Part shown: positions 34,159 through 47,123 of the stretch, piece by piece
Layout of the letters: every line of letters begins with the position of its first letter
How positions within the stretch are numbered: the first letter of the stretch is position 1
Assembly: GCA_964016885.1 (NCBI GenBank)
Contig: OZ024757.1
Span: 30,132,001-30,196,000, forward strand
Direction: 5' to 3'
DNA length: 64,000 bases
Source: Eledone cirrhosa
Lineage: Eukaryota
Translations under genes and position numbers: made by a program
The notes under the pieces: model-generated
What the model was told of the DNA's origin: nothing
Database searches by the model: none
Seen by the model: only the letters and a program-made list of their open reading frames with translations

Positions 34159-37100
34159 ACCTACGTAAAGAGCCGGATAAAAAACCATCTGGGATATTCA
34201 ATCCGACGCTCTAACCACATGCCCATAGTACTGAAGCCGTGATCTCTCAATTCGGAAAAGTAGCGGCTCTACCTGGAGTGACTCCTCTGATCTCCAAGCT
34301 ACAAATCTGTCCAGCGATTCTTTCCTTAGACATTCGAACCACATGCCCATAGTATCGGAGCTGTGATCTCTCAATTTGGAGAAGTAGCGAGTATATCAAA
34401 TATAATTCGAGAGACGATGTAGGTAGACAGCTGGGTAATTCAACTAATATGTTTAAACCTTCTTCAAATAGAACATTTCTCGAAGTTGTACTTGTCTGGT
34501 GACACGATCTGAGGCAATCTGTTAAAACTAAAACAATCCCACTTTTTTTCTATCTTTTGTGGATTTATGTTTGTGTAACTGTATATGTCTGTTTTCTTTT
34601 CTCTTTAGTGACTAAAATTACTCTGCCAATAGTCAAAGTTTGCTCCCTTCCAAACCCTCTTTGGGGTCTTGGGATACGAAATTACAGTGCGTCCATTTTC
34701 ACGCCACACAGGACAGGTCGCAAGCCTATCGTCAGGAACAAAAAAGAACCATGCCGCATCGTCATTCATGCTAGTTAACAAGGGAAGCGTTCGGGCCTTC
34801 AAATTACTCTTCTATTATTTTTTTTATTTGGGGGTTGGGGAAGTTGTGTATATTTCTTCTTTGAAAAATCAATCAGAAGATAACCACTTCTGTATCTTTT
34901 TAAAGTAATCTCCCCTCGTCAGGTTTACTATATGAGAAAAGTGCTATTAAAGACATGAGGTGTAGTTGTGTTCTGAAGAGAGATAACCGCTATCAACTCT
35001 ATCGTCATCATCGTCGTGAATAACAATAACAACAAAAACAACAAAAGCGGAAACGGAAGTATTCCTAAATATACACATATGTAGGTATAGCTGTTGTGGT
35101 TGTAATTCGCTTCGCAACAACATGGCTTCCGTTTCAGTCCCACTGCGTGACTCTAAACCAGTACCTTGTGAGTGAAATTTGGTAGAGCAGAGGTCCCCAA
35201 CCACCGGTTGCACTTGAAATGAGTGACTGTGATATAGGTCCACATTACTGCTATTTGGGGCTGGTCGAACGATTAGGTAGAAGCTTCATTTAAACCTATT
35301 CGAGTGACGATCAAGGGAAATAACTCGTTCGAGCAAGTCTACTGCGTGTATTGAGAATTATTTCCCTTTGTAATTTTTTTGTTTTTGTTTTTTACTAAAA
35401 TAAGGATAAGGTGGTTATATTGCCCACGACCACTGTTAAGGAGGCCCTACACCTTTGATGGAATCGTAGGGGCGCCCTCCTGACACACGTGTCTTGGGTA
35501 TTTTAAATCTGGTGTAGCCCTTCCTACTCCAGGTTAGAACTCAACCGATTTCTTCCAAAGAGAGAGAAGAGAGACTGAAAGAGATACAGAAGAATCGATC
35601 CACGTACTGAACTAATACTTTTTTTTTATCGACCACGAAAGGTTAAAAGCGAAAGTAGACCTTGGCTGGATTCGAGCTCAGAGCGCAGAGCCAAAACAAA
35701 AACCGAGGTATAATTTGCTACCCTAACGACTTTGCCAATTCACCACCTTATGATACGTTATGATATGGTACGATATGTTATGGTATGGTATAGTATGGTA
35801 TGGTGTGGTATGTTATGGTATAGTATGGTATGGTACGTTATGGTATGGTATGGTGTGGTATGGTATGGTGTGGTATGGTACGGTATGGTATAGTACGATA
35901 TGGTATAGTATGGTATGGTATAGTATGGTATAGTATGGTATGGTATGGTACGCTATGGTACGGTACGGTATGGTATGGAAAGGACCTGTAACTCCTGATG
36001 GAGTCGTAGGGGCGCCATATTGACATACAGCGTTTTCACGTCATTTTTTTTAAAACCTGGTGGAGCCCAGCTCCTCTCCAGGCTTGAATACAGTAGATTT
36101 CTTCCAGAGAAGGATAGAGAGAGTGAGAGAAAGAGATACAGAGGAAGAATCGACCCCAGTACTTGACTGGTACTTTTTTATCGACCTCAAAAGGATGAAA
36201 GGCAAAGTTGACCTCAGTGGGATTTGAACTCGGCAGAGAGACGAAATAAATACTACAAAGCATTCTATCTGACATTCTAACAACTCTGCCAATTCACCGC
36301 CTTGACCACTACTATAAACATCTATAATTAATTACAAGAAAACATACAACAAAACACTTGCTTTGTCTCAAGGAAAAAATGTTTATTTATAAATATTTAA
36401 TGTTTATAACAGTTTTAACATCATAACGTCCTGCAATGATACAGCAGAAGATATCTATAAATACATTTATTAATTACTGAATGTAATTAATTGTAATTAA
36501 TACAATCGTGAATACAAGCGACCGAAATGGGATTCCTCCGAAGGGTCTTTGGAGCAATGTTACTCGATAAAGTGTGTAGCTCAGAGATCAGAGAGTCACT
36601 CCAAGTAGAGCCACTACTTCTCCAAACAGAGATCACAGCTCTGTTACTATGGGCATGTGGTTAAAATGTCTCGGAAGAATCGCTGGACAGATTTTAAGGG
36701 CAAAACCAACCGACAGGAGACCCAGGGGTAGACCCCAAACAAGATGGTTGGATAACATCCATGACCTTGGCTGGTCATGCTTGGGGATCCAGCCGGATCA
36801 GTTGGAGATGGTTGCTTCTGACAGGACCTGCTGGAAGGAGTGTTTAAGAACTTTGCTCCCACGACTTTCTTAGGAATAAGTGGGTGAAGAAGAAGGGTTT
36901 ATTAATTCAAATGTTTCTAGTGTCTTTATTAGTGGACAGATTGTTGTGAACATTTGGAGTATTTGAGGAAACAATTCAATTTTAAATGAGCTGACCCATA
37001 GAAATTCCACAGTTTCCTTAGAAACCACCAAGTATTAAATCTCAATATGGCACTTTACAGCACTTACACCATATGAATCCAATAGATTTAACAACTGACT

Positions 37101-38845
37101 GAACCCCTAAAATGGAATGTTTTACTCATTTATAATTTGAGGATAAACAATACTTTAAAAAAAGATTTTCGACCCCACCTCCACCACTTTCACTCTGTCT
37201 TTCTCTATAGCATTCTTACCTTCCTCTTCCCATGAAGTCATAAATTAAAAATAAAGAATTCTAACATTCACTACCACTACTACAGCACCCTGTCTTTCTC
37301 CCAAACACACATGTACACTTTTACCAGCCCCTTTCCACAGCATAGCCAACTTTTTACACCACACAAAATCTATTATTAGCACTTTAATATAATAGAGAAA
37401 GATTCAGACAGATGTGTTGCAGTCAGAGTGCTACTTTGTACTTTTAAACAATATCGTGTTAATGTGGTTTCATGTGGAACAGGACGTTAAGAGTTCATAT
37501 AAATTAGGTTAGTTTTTGTTGAAAGTATAACAAGTGAAACAAGTTAGTGGCATGTTAGTAGCTAAATAAATGTGATGTGAGTAATTAACAAAGTTTAGCA
37601 GACTCAAAGAATCCCTAAATATGTCTTCTTGATCCTTCTTGGCCAATAAGTTAGATTTATGACAAAATATAGATTTTTTTTTGTTTATTACGGAAACATT
37701 TCAAATAGATCCATTTCAATATATATATATATATATATAAATCAACATATAGAGAGAAGTACACATAGAGATATGTGTTCAATCATAGGGGATCAAAAAC
37801 CACCAGAGTGACGAACATATTACCTACGGAAGGAATGGTGAATATAAATCAATAAAAAGAATATATTAAAGTATACTAACCATTCAATTATAACAATAAC
37901 ACCCGGACATGCTCATATAAGAGTATGATTTGCTATGATAAGTGAAGAATCCATATTATAGATGTAGCTCATCGGCGGGTGCCTAGCAATATGATCAACA
38001 CTTCTATAAAAAATATATCAAATAACTAATAAAATAAGCACGGTACAGAGGAAAGGCATGCGCACTTTATAGCCCATGAATAAACCAAAAGACCGCTAAA
38101 AATAGCAGCTCAGAACCATTCAACTTTAGAAAGAATCAAGAGCCAAAATTTAAAATTAATTAATGGAGTTAAAACCTCGCATTAATCCTCTATAATTTAG
38201 GAAGCTCAAGGAAGATAAGCCACATGTGCCATTACAAATGCAAGGACTCTATTTATGCTAAACAGACTGGGCCAAATAGATTCAAAAGTATTTTGTCAGT
38301 CATGGACCAATTAAATGACCAATGATAATTATTTGAATATGGTTCTTTTCAGGTTCTCCGATGTTCTCAGTCAGAAATAACTGACCCAAGCAATGAGACA
38401 AAGATCTTTCTCCAAAGAAGTTAACCCTTTAGCATTTAAACCGGCTGTATCCTGCCAGAATTCTCTCACTTCTTTCTGGTCAAATTGGCTGTAACCGGCT
38501 GCTCATAATGATGTTAAGGTATTGTTCTCAAAATAAATATCAAAATCTCATAGATTCGATTTTATGTGAGATAATTATGTGAGGTAAGCCTTTATCACAA
38601 AAACATGATAGTAAATATAGAGCAATGTAAATACTAAAGAGCTAATGTTTGATGGAAAGAATGAGTGAGGGACAGTGAGAGAGGCATTGTTTTTACAAAA
38701 ATAAAAAATAAAATATAAGTAAAATTATAAGAACATGTTATTAATGCACAACAAAACACCAACTTCTAGTCTTCATTTTCCTTATTCAGGCACAAAATTG
38801 TTCCCTTTCTGGTGACTGCTTCATCTCCAGTAATAAGACGGATTG

Positions 38846-41800
38846 CTAGCTGGTTTCTTCCAGGTTATATTTGCTTCTTAATATAGAAATTGTGTTCATA
38901 TAAGCACTGAAATAAGGATAATAATAATAAAACACAAATAAATATATATATATATATACAAACAAATAGTAAAAAGGAAAAAAACTCAGCATAAAATGCT
39001 AGAGGGACTCCTCCAGTACAACATCAAAACATTCATCTACAAAGCAGGGACTTCTGCATTTAACTGTACCGGTCTCAGCCCTATATGCTCCTTCAATAGA
39101 AATTAGCATACAAAGAAGTGTGTTTTGAATTACATGGGTTGGAAACCACTTTGATGCAATGCATATAATCTATGAACAAACAGAAAATACATAATAACCG
39201 TAAAAAATGAATTAAAATGTACTAACCATTTCAATAACTATTAAACTCCTGGACAAACTACAGATAGAGTTTGTTTCGCCGAAGAATGCATCACATACGA
39301 CGGCTTATTATACAAGTGATGTTTATACACTGAAAAAATCTAGTAATAACTACAAAGTATGATAATCTCTGTTAAATGGAGAGGTCACCTTTGGAATACA
39401 AGGGAACTACATTTATGCAACAACTCTTACAAAAGATTTTTGCATTGTGTTGCATTTATTGAACTTTGCTTTGAAAAGTAAAATAAATTCCTTTGGTTTT
39501 AACAAGAAAGAAACTCTCCCAACATTAGAAAAAATAAATTTCTACTAAAATGATTTTAGCCTGTCTGGGAGGTCAGTAGAGTAGCCCCTGCTTTAATACT
39601 GACTTGGGCATTGTAAACCCGTCCAACCCTTGCTAGCAGGGAAAGCGGACATTAAATGATGATATTGATGATGATGATGTACAGACATAGCTGTGTGGTT
39701 AAGGAGCTCACTTCTCAACAACCTTATTTTTCAGATACAGTCCTAATGTGCGGCACCTTGTGAAAGTGTTTGGGGGTTATGAGTATAAATTTGGTAGATA
39801 GAAACAGCTAAAGCCTGTTGTATATATGTATGTGTGTGTGCGCGAGGGTGTGTATGCAAGTGTGTGTGTGTGTGCCTGTGTGTGTTTATGGGTTTATTGA
39901 ACGTGTATTAACATTGTTGGGTTGACCAATGCGTTGTGAAAGAAATTTGTTAGAGGTAAACTGTATGTTGGTAGTGCTGGTTCCACGACAAAAAGCGCCC
40001 AGTCCAACCTATAAGGTAGTTGTGCTGGTTCCATGACAAAAAAAACACCCAGTCCACTCTGTAATGTGGTAGTGCTGGTGCTACAATAAAATGCTCTCAG
40101 TCCACACTGTAAAATGGTTGATGTTAGGAAGCATATCCAGAAGAAACCAAACCAAAAACAGTTTGTATAAGCAAGGCCTCAGTACATGACAGCCCACCTA
40201 ACCCATGCAAACATGGAAAACAGATGATAAATGGAGATGATAATGTTGATGTTAAATGATGTTTCTTCTTACCTTCCATCTCGTAGAATCTTGAATTGAC
40301 CTTTGACACTGAGGTCAACAACTGTTGAACCTTGCCGTGACTCAACAGTACTCCCTAATGTGCCACCATCACAGATCATGTCCAATTCAGGCCAAAGGTT
40401 TTCAAATTCCTGTATTTTATCAGAAAGAAATGTGTAAAAACTAATATCATATACATATATGTCTGTATAGAATAAAAAAAATCTGAAGTAGTTTCAGATG
40501 TTAAAGTCCTTTATTGATAAGGCTGTGATACATATTTCAATGACGACAGCTTTATCAATAAAAGACTTTAACATCTGAAACTACTTCAGATTTTTTTATT
40601 CTATCTATTTTTTAATTCTACCTAACCAGTGCCATGATCTCGCAGACAGCTTCTTACATAATAATGTTAGATTCTCAAGGCAATCCAAATTAAAATGACA
40701 ATGAAACGAACAAAGATGATGTTCTTGGAGCCTTCGCCTGTTCCCTTGTGCATGTGTATATATATATAATTCACAAGTAAAAGATATATGAAAATAGAGA
40801 GGGCGAGAAAGGACTATATATCCAGAGAATACACAATATATTGTATATATACAAAGCACATATTTCAAATAAAAATATGTACTCAGCTCTGGACAAAGTC
40901 TATTGAGCTTTCTTATTGAGAAGCACAAAAATCAAACATATTTGATATGTTTTGATACCTTACATTTGTGTGTATATTTGCTTAACCCTTTAGCATTTAT
41001 ATTACTCTATATTTACCATTGTATTTTCTTGGTAAACGTTTTATCTTACATTATTATCTCACATAATATAGAATCTATGAGATTTTGATATCATTTAGTT
41101 TGAGAAAAATACCTTAACATCAGTATGACTGGCTGGTTACAGTTGGTTTGAACAGAAAGAGGTGAGAGAATTCTGGCCAGGTATGGTTGGTTTAAATGCT
41201 GAAGGGTTAAAGTTCTAAGGTGAATACACAAACAGAGACACACACACGTACACAAACATACACAATGTAAAATATACAAAAAAACCTTACCTTTATTGAC
41301 AAAGGACTTCGTTGGTCACTGATGTTAGCACTTGTGAGGGCAATGGGTCCACTGACACTCCGGGCCAAACCCCGTATGAACGTGTGATCTGGGATACGAA
41401 CACCAACATAATTTGTATCAGGGTTCAAATATTTGTTTAGTTGCTTTGACCGTTCAAACACTAAAGTTACGGGTCCAGGAAGTAAGTCATGTAGAAGAGA
41501 ACAGGGCACAGTGACATTGCACCATCTGAAACAAACCAAAAGATAATAATAATAATCTATATATATAAAGTTGTAGTTCCTGTCTGTTTGTTTGTTTGTT
41601 CACGAACTCCTCCTATGGTTTTGGAGATAGACCCCCATAACCTTATATATTCTGAAACTACATTGCCCAGGGTACTTGGATAAGTATATTTCATTTTAAA
41701 CAAAGGGTTCCCCGGGGGCACAAACCTCCGCTGAAAATTTTTTCCCTTCAATTTATATAAAATTTAAACCATAGGTAAATGACAAGATATGATGCCTATT

Positions 41801-44800
41801 CACAAAAGTTTTGAATTGATATTTTGAAAAAAATTATTTGCAAGAAACAAAATAAGAATAAGATTTAATAATGTTATTTTGATTTGATATATTACAAAAA
41901 ATAATGTTTCCCAATTTTTCATGCATTACATTTTACATTGAGTAATATTGAAATGCAGAGTTTTTCTCCATAAATTATATCACTGATTTAAAATCAATCA
42001 TCATTTTCTTACAAAAAAATGTGTGAAACGCAGCAAGGCGCGGGTAATTCGGCTAGTAGTAATAATAATAACAACAATAATGATATTAATAATGGTTTCT
42101 GGCACAAAGCCAGCAATTTGGGGGAGGGAGAAAGTCGATTAAATCAACCCCAATGCGTGATTGGTACTTTATTTTATCAACCCCGAAAGGATGAAAAGCA
42201 AAGCTAACCTTGACGGGATTTGAACTCAGAATGTAAAGCAACATAACTATGCAGCAAAGCATAGTGTCTGATGCTCTACCGATACTGCCAAATGTGCATG
42301 AGGTGCATCCAGGAGCGGTGACTAATCTCTCAGAGGCTGGGGTCACAAGAACAGTTAAAGAGCTCAAATGTGGCAAGGCTGCTGGGGAAGATGAAATCCG
42401 GCCCGAGATGTTAAAAGCCTTAAATAGAGAAGGTATTCTCTGGCTGACTCGTGTGTGCCGGGTTGCCTGGATCTCTGGAAAGGCACCTAAACATAGCAAT
42501 CAGGACTGATAATCCCAATTTTCAAAAAAGAAAACAAGAGAGATTGTTCCAATTAGAAAGAGATCTCCATGTTAAGCCGCCCCAGTAAAGTCTATGCTAA
42601 GTGTCTGGCAAAGAGATGTCGAGTTCAAGCTAACTGATGAACAGTGCAGTTTTCACCCCAGACACAGCACAGCTGACCAAATATCCACACTGCAACATCT
42701 CTTTGAGAAATTGTGGGAGTATTGCCAAGAAGTATATACTTGTTTTTTCAACCTTGAAAAGGCATATGTCTGTCCTAAAATATCTAGGTGATATTCTGTA
42801 GTCATTGCTTATACACCACTTAAGAAAGTGTATTGGGTGTATTTCATCTTGTCACAGACACTAACACTTTACAGAGTGTAATCAGTGCTTTTTTTATCTT
42901 GTCACTAGCACTAGCTTGACCACTTTACAGAGTATACTGGGTGTATTTTACAGTGGCACCATCACTACTACTTTACAGTATTTGTGGCACCAACACTACC
43001 ACTTTACAGAGGATACTGGGTGTATTTTACCGTCACACTATCACTATCACTTTACAGAGTGTATTGGGTGTCTTTTTATATTGTCACTAGCACAACTACT
43101 TCACAGAGTGCACTGGGTGTATTTTAATGTGGCACCATCACTGCAACTTTACAATATTCGTAGCACCATTACTACCACTTTACAGAGTGTACTGGGTGTA
43201 TTTTATCTTGTCACCACCACAACCATTTTACAGTTTGTACTGTAAAGTGGTTGGTGCTATGAAGGGCATCCAGCTAAAAATGCAATAAAAACAACCACCA
43301 AATAAACCAATTGATTTGAAGAAAGAAAGAAACATTACTTAGAAACATCTTCAACATCTGCAATACTAATAGCAATTGGTTTCAGGGGATTTCGTTTCTT
43401 TATCTTGTATATATTGTCAACAGCATCGTTATTTTGAGCCAGACAAGCAATACCATATATGGTGTCAGTGGGAACAGCAATCACACCTCCAGACAGGAGT
43501 TTCTTGGCAGCAATGGCTATCTGGGGTTTGACATCTAGAAACATAAGGAAACAAAACACACATTTATTTTATTCTAGTCAAGACTACATTGGTAACAAGG
43601 CGGTGAATTGGCAGAGTTGTTAGAACGTCATATAGAATTCTCTGAAGTATTCATTCCAACTCTCTACCCTCTGAATACAAATCCCATTGAGGTCAACTTT
43701 ACCTTTCATCCATTTAAAGTCGTTAAAAAAAGTACCAGTATAGTACTAGGGTCGATTTTTCCTTTTTATCTCTTTCTCACTTCCTTTCTTTCACTCTCTC
43801 TATCCTGTATTCAGACCTGGAGAGGAGATGGTCTCCGCCTGGTTTTAGAATGCCTTAAGAAATGTTGTATGCCACTACAGCGCACCTATGACTCCATCAG
43901 GAGTTACAGGACCATACATACATTGGTGACACACTAAAATGCTACACCTAGAAATTATTGGTGACACACAAAATGTCACAACACACCTAGTGATTATTCG
44001 TGACCCTATAAAGTGTTGTTGACACACCTAGAGTTTATTGGTAACACAATAAAATGCTGTGGCACAGTTGAAGGAGTGGGTAAAAAAAGCAAAGAAAATC
44101 CTGGTCCCAAAACATCAAGGACTGGACTGGTCTCAACATTACGACCCTTCTGTGTATAACAGAAGACAGAGGCCAGTGGCAATTGATTACTGCCAGAACG
44201 TCTAGAGCAGAGATTCTCAAACTTTTGGGGCCACCTTCACAGCCACGTAATACTCTATTTCCAGAAAGATCAACCTACACACAAATTGTAAATAATATAT
44301 AATAAATGATATAATATATACTACGTATAAATAAATATTTTATATTTTACTATATTTATATATATGCATCATTTAATATTTAATATACTATTATATCTCT
44401 ACCCTTCATCGATCCCTTAGGCCACAGTGCCCCCTGGACCCTCTCAACGCCCGGAGGGCGGCCGTAGCGCCCACTTTGAGAACCTCTGGTCTAGAGTAAC
44501 ACACACACACCAACGACTGGCTACACCAGTTACAGGGAAATGGTGATGGTATACAAGTCCAGTTCATTGCTCAAGAAAAGGTTTTACAATCCCTTATGAT
44601 GTGCGGCCGATTGTCACGTTTGGTGGTGACTTGATGGTCGGTTTTGTTTTTGTTTCCTTTTTTTCTTTATCTGGCTTTGAATTATATTTTGGTGCATTGT
44701 ATTTGTAAGGTTCCAAGAAATAGTTAATTGTATTTATTGTAAGTGTTTACATTTTTATTCTGAAAGAATTATGAACAATTTGTAATGTTATTTATAAAAC

Positions 44801-44907
44801 TTACCTTCTGTAATAGTCAATTGTACAATTTTTGCCATGGTGTTTACTGGTTCTAGGACTCTACTAAACTTAAATCTACAACTGAACAATAAACTAAAGG
44901 TTTTCAT
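38846..44907 (-). CDS. YRDC: Threonylcarbamoyl-AMP synthase (YrdC/Sua5 family); 5 coding exons; 243 aa from the first ATG or 220 aa from the second
   Basis: Exons (minus): 44805-44907 (second ATG at 44838), 43339-43534, 41291-41525, 40273-40409, 38846-38906; GT-AG, total 732 nt. Motifs VIAVPTDTIYG, KKRNPLKPIAI, LLPGPVTLVF, VGVRIPDH, PIALTSANIS, GSTVVDLS. Confidence 0.95.
41556..42056 (+). mobile_element. Non-autonomous Helitron-like element, 30 bp from the YRDC exon 3 acceptor
   Basis: Starts A|TC(TATATATATAAA), has an internal (GTTT)n tract, and ends with a GC-rich hairpin then CTAG|T. Similar 3' ends at about 3873-3902 and 5835-5865. Confidence 0.7.
42290..42780 (+). mobile_element. Degenerate RTE-clade LINE fragment in YRDC intron 2
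   Basis: LKCGKAAGEDEIRPEMLK...; EQCSFHP.HSTADQI..LQHLFEK.WEY...CFFNLEKAY. Confidence 0.8.
43598..43920 (+). mobile_element. SINE subfamily with the same head and a longer 3' part ending in (CATAC)n; other copies at 35760-36303 (-), 33530-33770 (-), 57630-57965 (+)
   Basis: Shared GGCGGTGAATTGGCAGAGT head and ...CAGGCCTGGAGAGG...CCTACGACTCCATCAGGAGTTAC tail. Confidence 0.75.
44208..44488. mobile_element. hAT-type MITE of the same family, in YRDC intron 1
   Basis: TIR CAGAGATTCTCAAA / TTTGAGAACCTCTG; TSD GTCTAGAG at 44200-44207 and 44489-44496. Confidence 0.87.
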
Positions 44908-45226
44908 TAAGCTGACAAATTCTAAGAATTTGGCTGGCTACTCGCTTGCTTACGCAATAGTTTCATTTCGAACAAACAAGTATATATATATATATATATC
45001 CTTACAAAGTCGATAAGTTTACAGTAACTTTAAATACATTCAGGCAGAGCTTCTCCTCATGAACAGAACAAATGTGGTAGGTTAAAACTCCTATAGACAG
45101 TTAATTATCTAGAATTAAATTGATTTCCGTTTAGATTTTCAGTTAATAGCCGGTATACGTGTTGACGGTGAAACTTGTTTATAATGCACGACGTTAAAAT
45201 AGACCAGATCTGCACCGCCTATAATG

Positions 45227-45601
45227 CAGGGCTCTCCAAAGTAATCGATATCAATCCACCGGTGTCTCGAAAGGGGGACTATCAAGGGGTGTCGATTGAA
45301 CTTTTTTTAGCCTAAACCTGACATCTGCATAAGAAATTAAAATAGATAAGCAGACATGTCAACCTCTAAAAACCCCAAAGGGGAATACCATGAAATACCA
45401 AAGTGGGTGGAAGGTCTCCCTGTCGGACTGGGAGAGTTGACAGATCTGCATTAGACATACAATAAAATACAACTTGCTTATATAGGTTTCTGTCTATTTA
45501 TTTTATATTGCTAACGAATTTATTTTTATACATACTTGAGGAAGATGAGGGTCTAAGATACCTTGAAGAGGTCGAGGCTCTAAAATATTTAGAGACCGCT
45601 G
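45227..45601. mobile_element. Old hAT-type MITE inside the YRDC/CDK5RAP1 intergenic region
   Basis: Left TIR CAGGGCTCTCCAAA vs right (reverse complement) CAGCGGTCTCTAAA; degenerate 8-bp TSD CTATAATG / CTGTAATC. Confidence 0.55.
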
Positions 45602-45774
45602 CTGTAATCTTCTGTTGCCATATTTCTCATGGCATACACTGTTTTTAAATTAATTAATGGAGAATTCACAGAGATTTACTAAAATTATTAATCATTTTGT
45701 TATTAAGATAGTATTTTTAATTCCCATTATTTGGTTTGTGGTCACCTGAAAAAATTACACCGTTTCAAACTAGC

Positions 45775-45813
45775 ATGGCGACCTTTTCTAGTTTTGTCCT
45801 TCGGATCATCTGA
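45775..45813 (+). promoter_or_regulatory. Upstream ORF MATFSSFVLRII*, formed by a 64-bp tandem duplication of the CDK5RAP1 start region
   Basis: 45747-45810 is a near copy of 45811-45874. Both copies contain agcATGGCnACCTTTTCTAGTTTT; the first ends at TGA 45811-45813. Confidence 0.6.
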
Positions 45814-45838
45814 AACAATTACACCGTTACAAGCCAGC

Positions 45839-47078
45839 ATGGCTACCTTTTCTAGTTTTTTCCTTCGTCGTTTCTGTTTAAATGATGTTGTCTTTCAGCA
45901 ATATGCTGTCAACAAATTATTTCATCATTTGTCTTCTGCTAAAATTCCAGCTAAATATAGCTGTTCCCATTACTGGGATGTACCGATCTGTACACAATGT
46001 ACGTCTTCAGTTAAACCTAACGAAAGCTCAGCACTCGGTGAAAATAAATTAGAAACTTTCAGAAAAAAACTATTGCGCGGTCCCAACATCCATGACTTCT
46101 TATCTTACGGAAATATAGATGAAACAGTTACAAATCAGACTGATAACTCTGCAGAAATAACCGATGAAATACCTTATTTACATAAATCTTTATTTAAAGG
46201 TCAAGGACGTAAAGGTCGGTGTGTGTTTATATAATTAATTAGCTGCTATAGTAAACAATATTGCATTAGTATGTACAGTAAGGTAAATGATAACTGTGTG
46301 AACCTGCATGTATGGGTATGTGTGTGTAAACATAAATATGGAAGAGGCTATGTAGCCGGTAAGAGTGCCAGACATCATGAGTTGCGGCCCGAGTTAAGAC
46401 AAGTTGAAATTTTTTCCACCATCAATTATTCAAATCATTTAGTCGTCCATTCGTAACGTACGTTACGCTTTAGTTACATACACACGCATAAATACATAAA
46501 CAAATACAGACATCAGAAGTGCAAACACACTGACATCTACTCATACATATTCATAAATAGACACATTATACAAAATAATTATTACAAACACGTACACCTA
46601 TGTAATGATTGAGGAAGGAAGAGGCTGGTGAAACGCTATAGTGTATTGCGTGCCTACCAAAATGATAAATGCCCGGACAGCCTGAGAGAAGGTCCTCTCA
46701 TATGCAGAACCTCAGGAGCATGTCATTTCATAGACCTAGCAGACAGAATAGAGAAAACTTGTCAGTACTGGAATATATATATATATATATATGTGTGTGT
46801 ATATATATACCATCATTATCATTGTTTAACGTCCACTTTCCACGTTAGCATGCAAGTTGGGTCAGATGACTGTGACTTGCTCATATAGAACTGTTTCTGG
46901 CTAGGTTTCTAAAGCTGGATGCCCTTCCTATATATATATATATATATATATAGTAAAGATAACGGAGCAAAGGACTCGCGTATAATCCTGTAATTGAATG
47001 AGCTCAAAGGAAATAGTTTTCGTTGTTCTAAACTCCTATAATGAAAAACACACTCTTCGGTGTCTTTCCCCTCTATAT

Positions 47079-47123
<45 letters not shown>

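Larger units (their letters stand above)
44908..45838. promoter_or_regulatory. Putative bidirectional promoter and 5' UTRs shared by YRDC and CDK5RAP1
   Basis: The divergent start codons (44907 minus, 45839 plus) are separated by only 931 bp. Transcription starts cannot be seen in the sequence. Confidence 0.65.
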
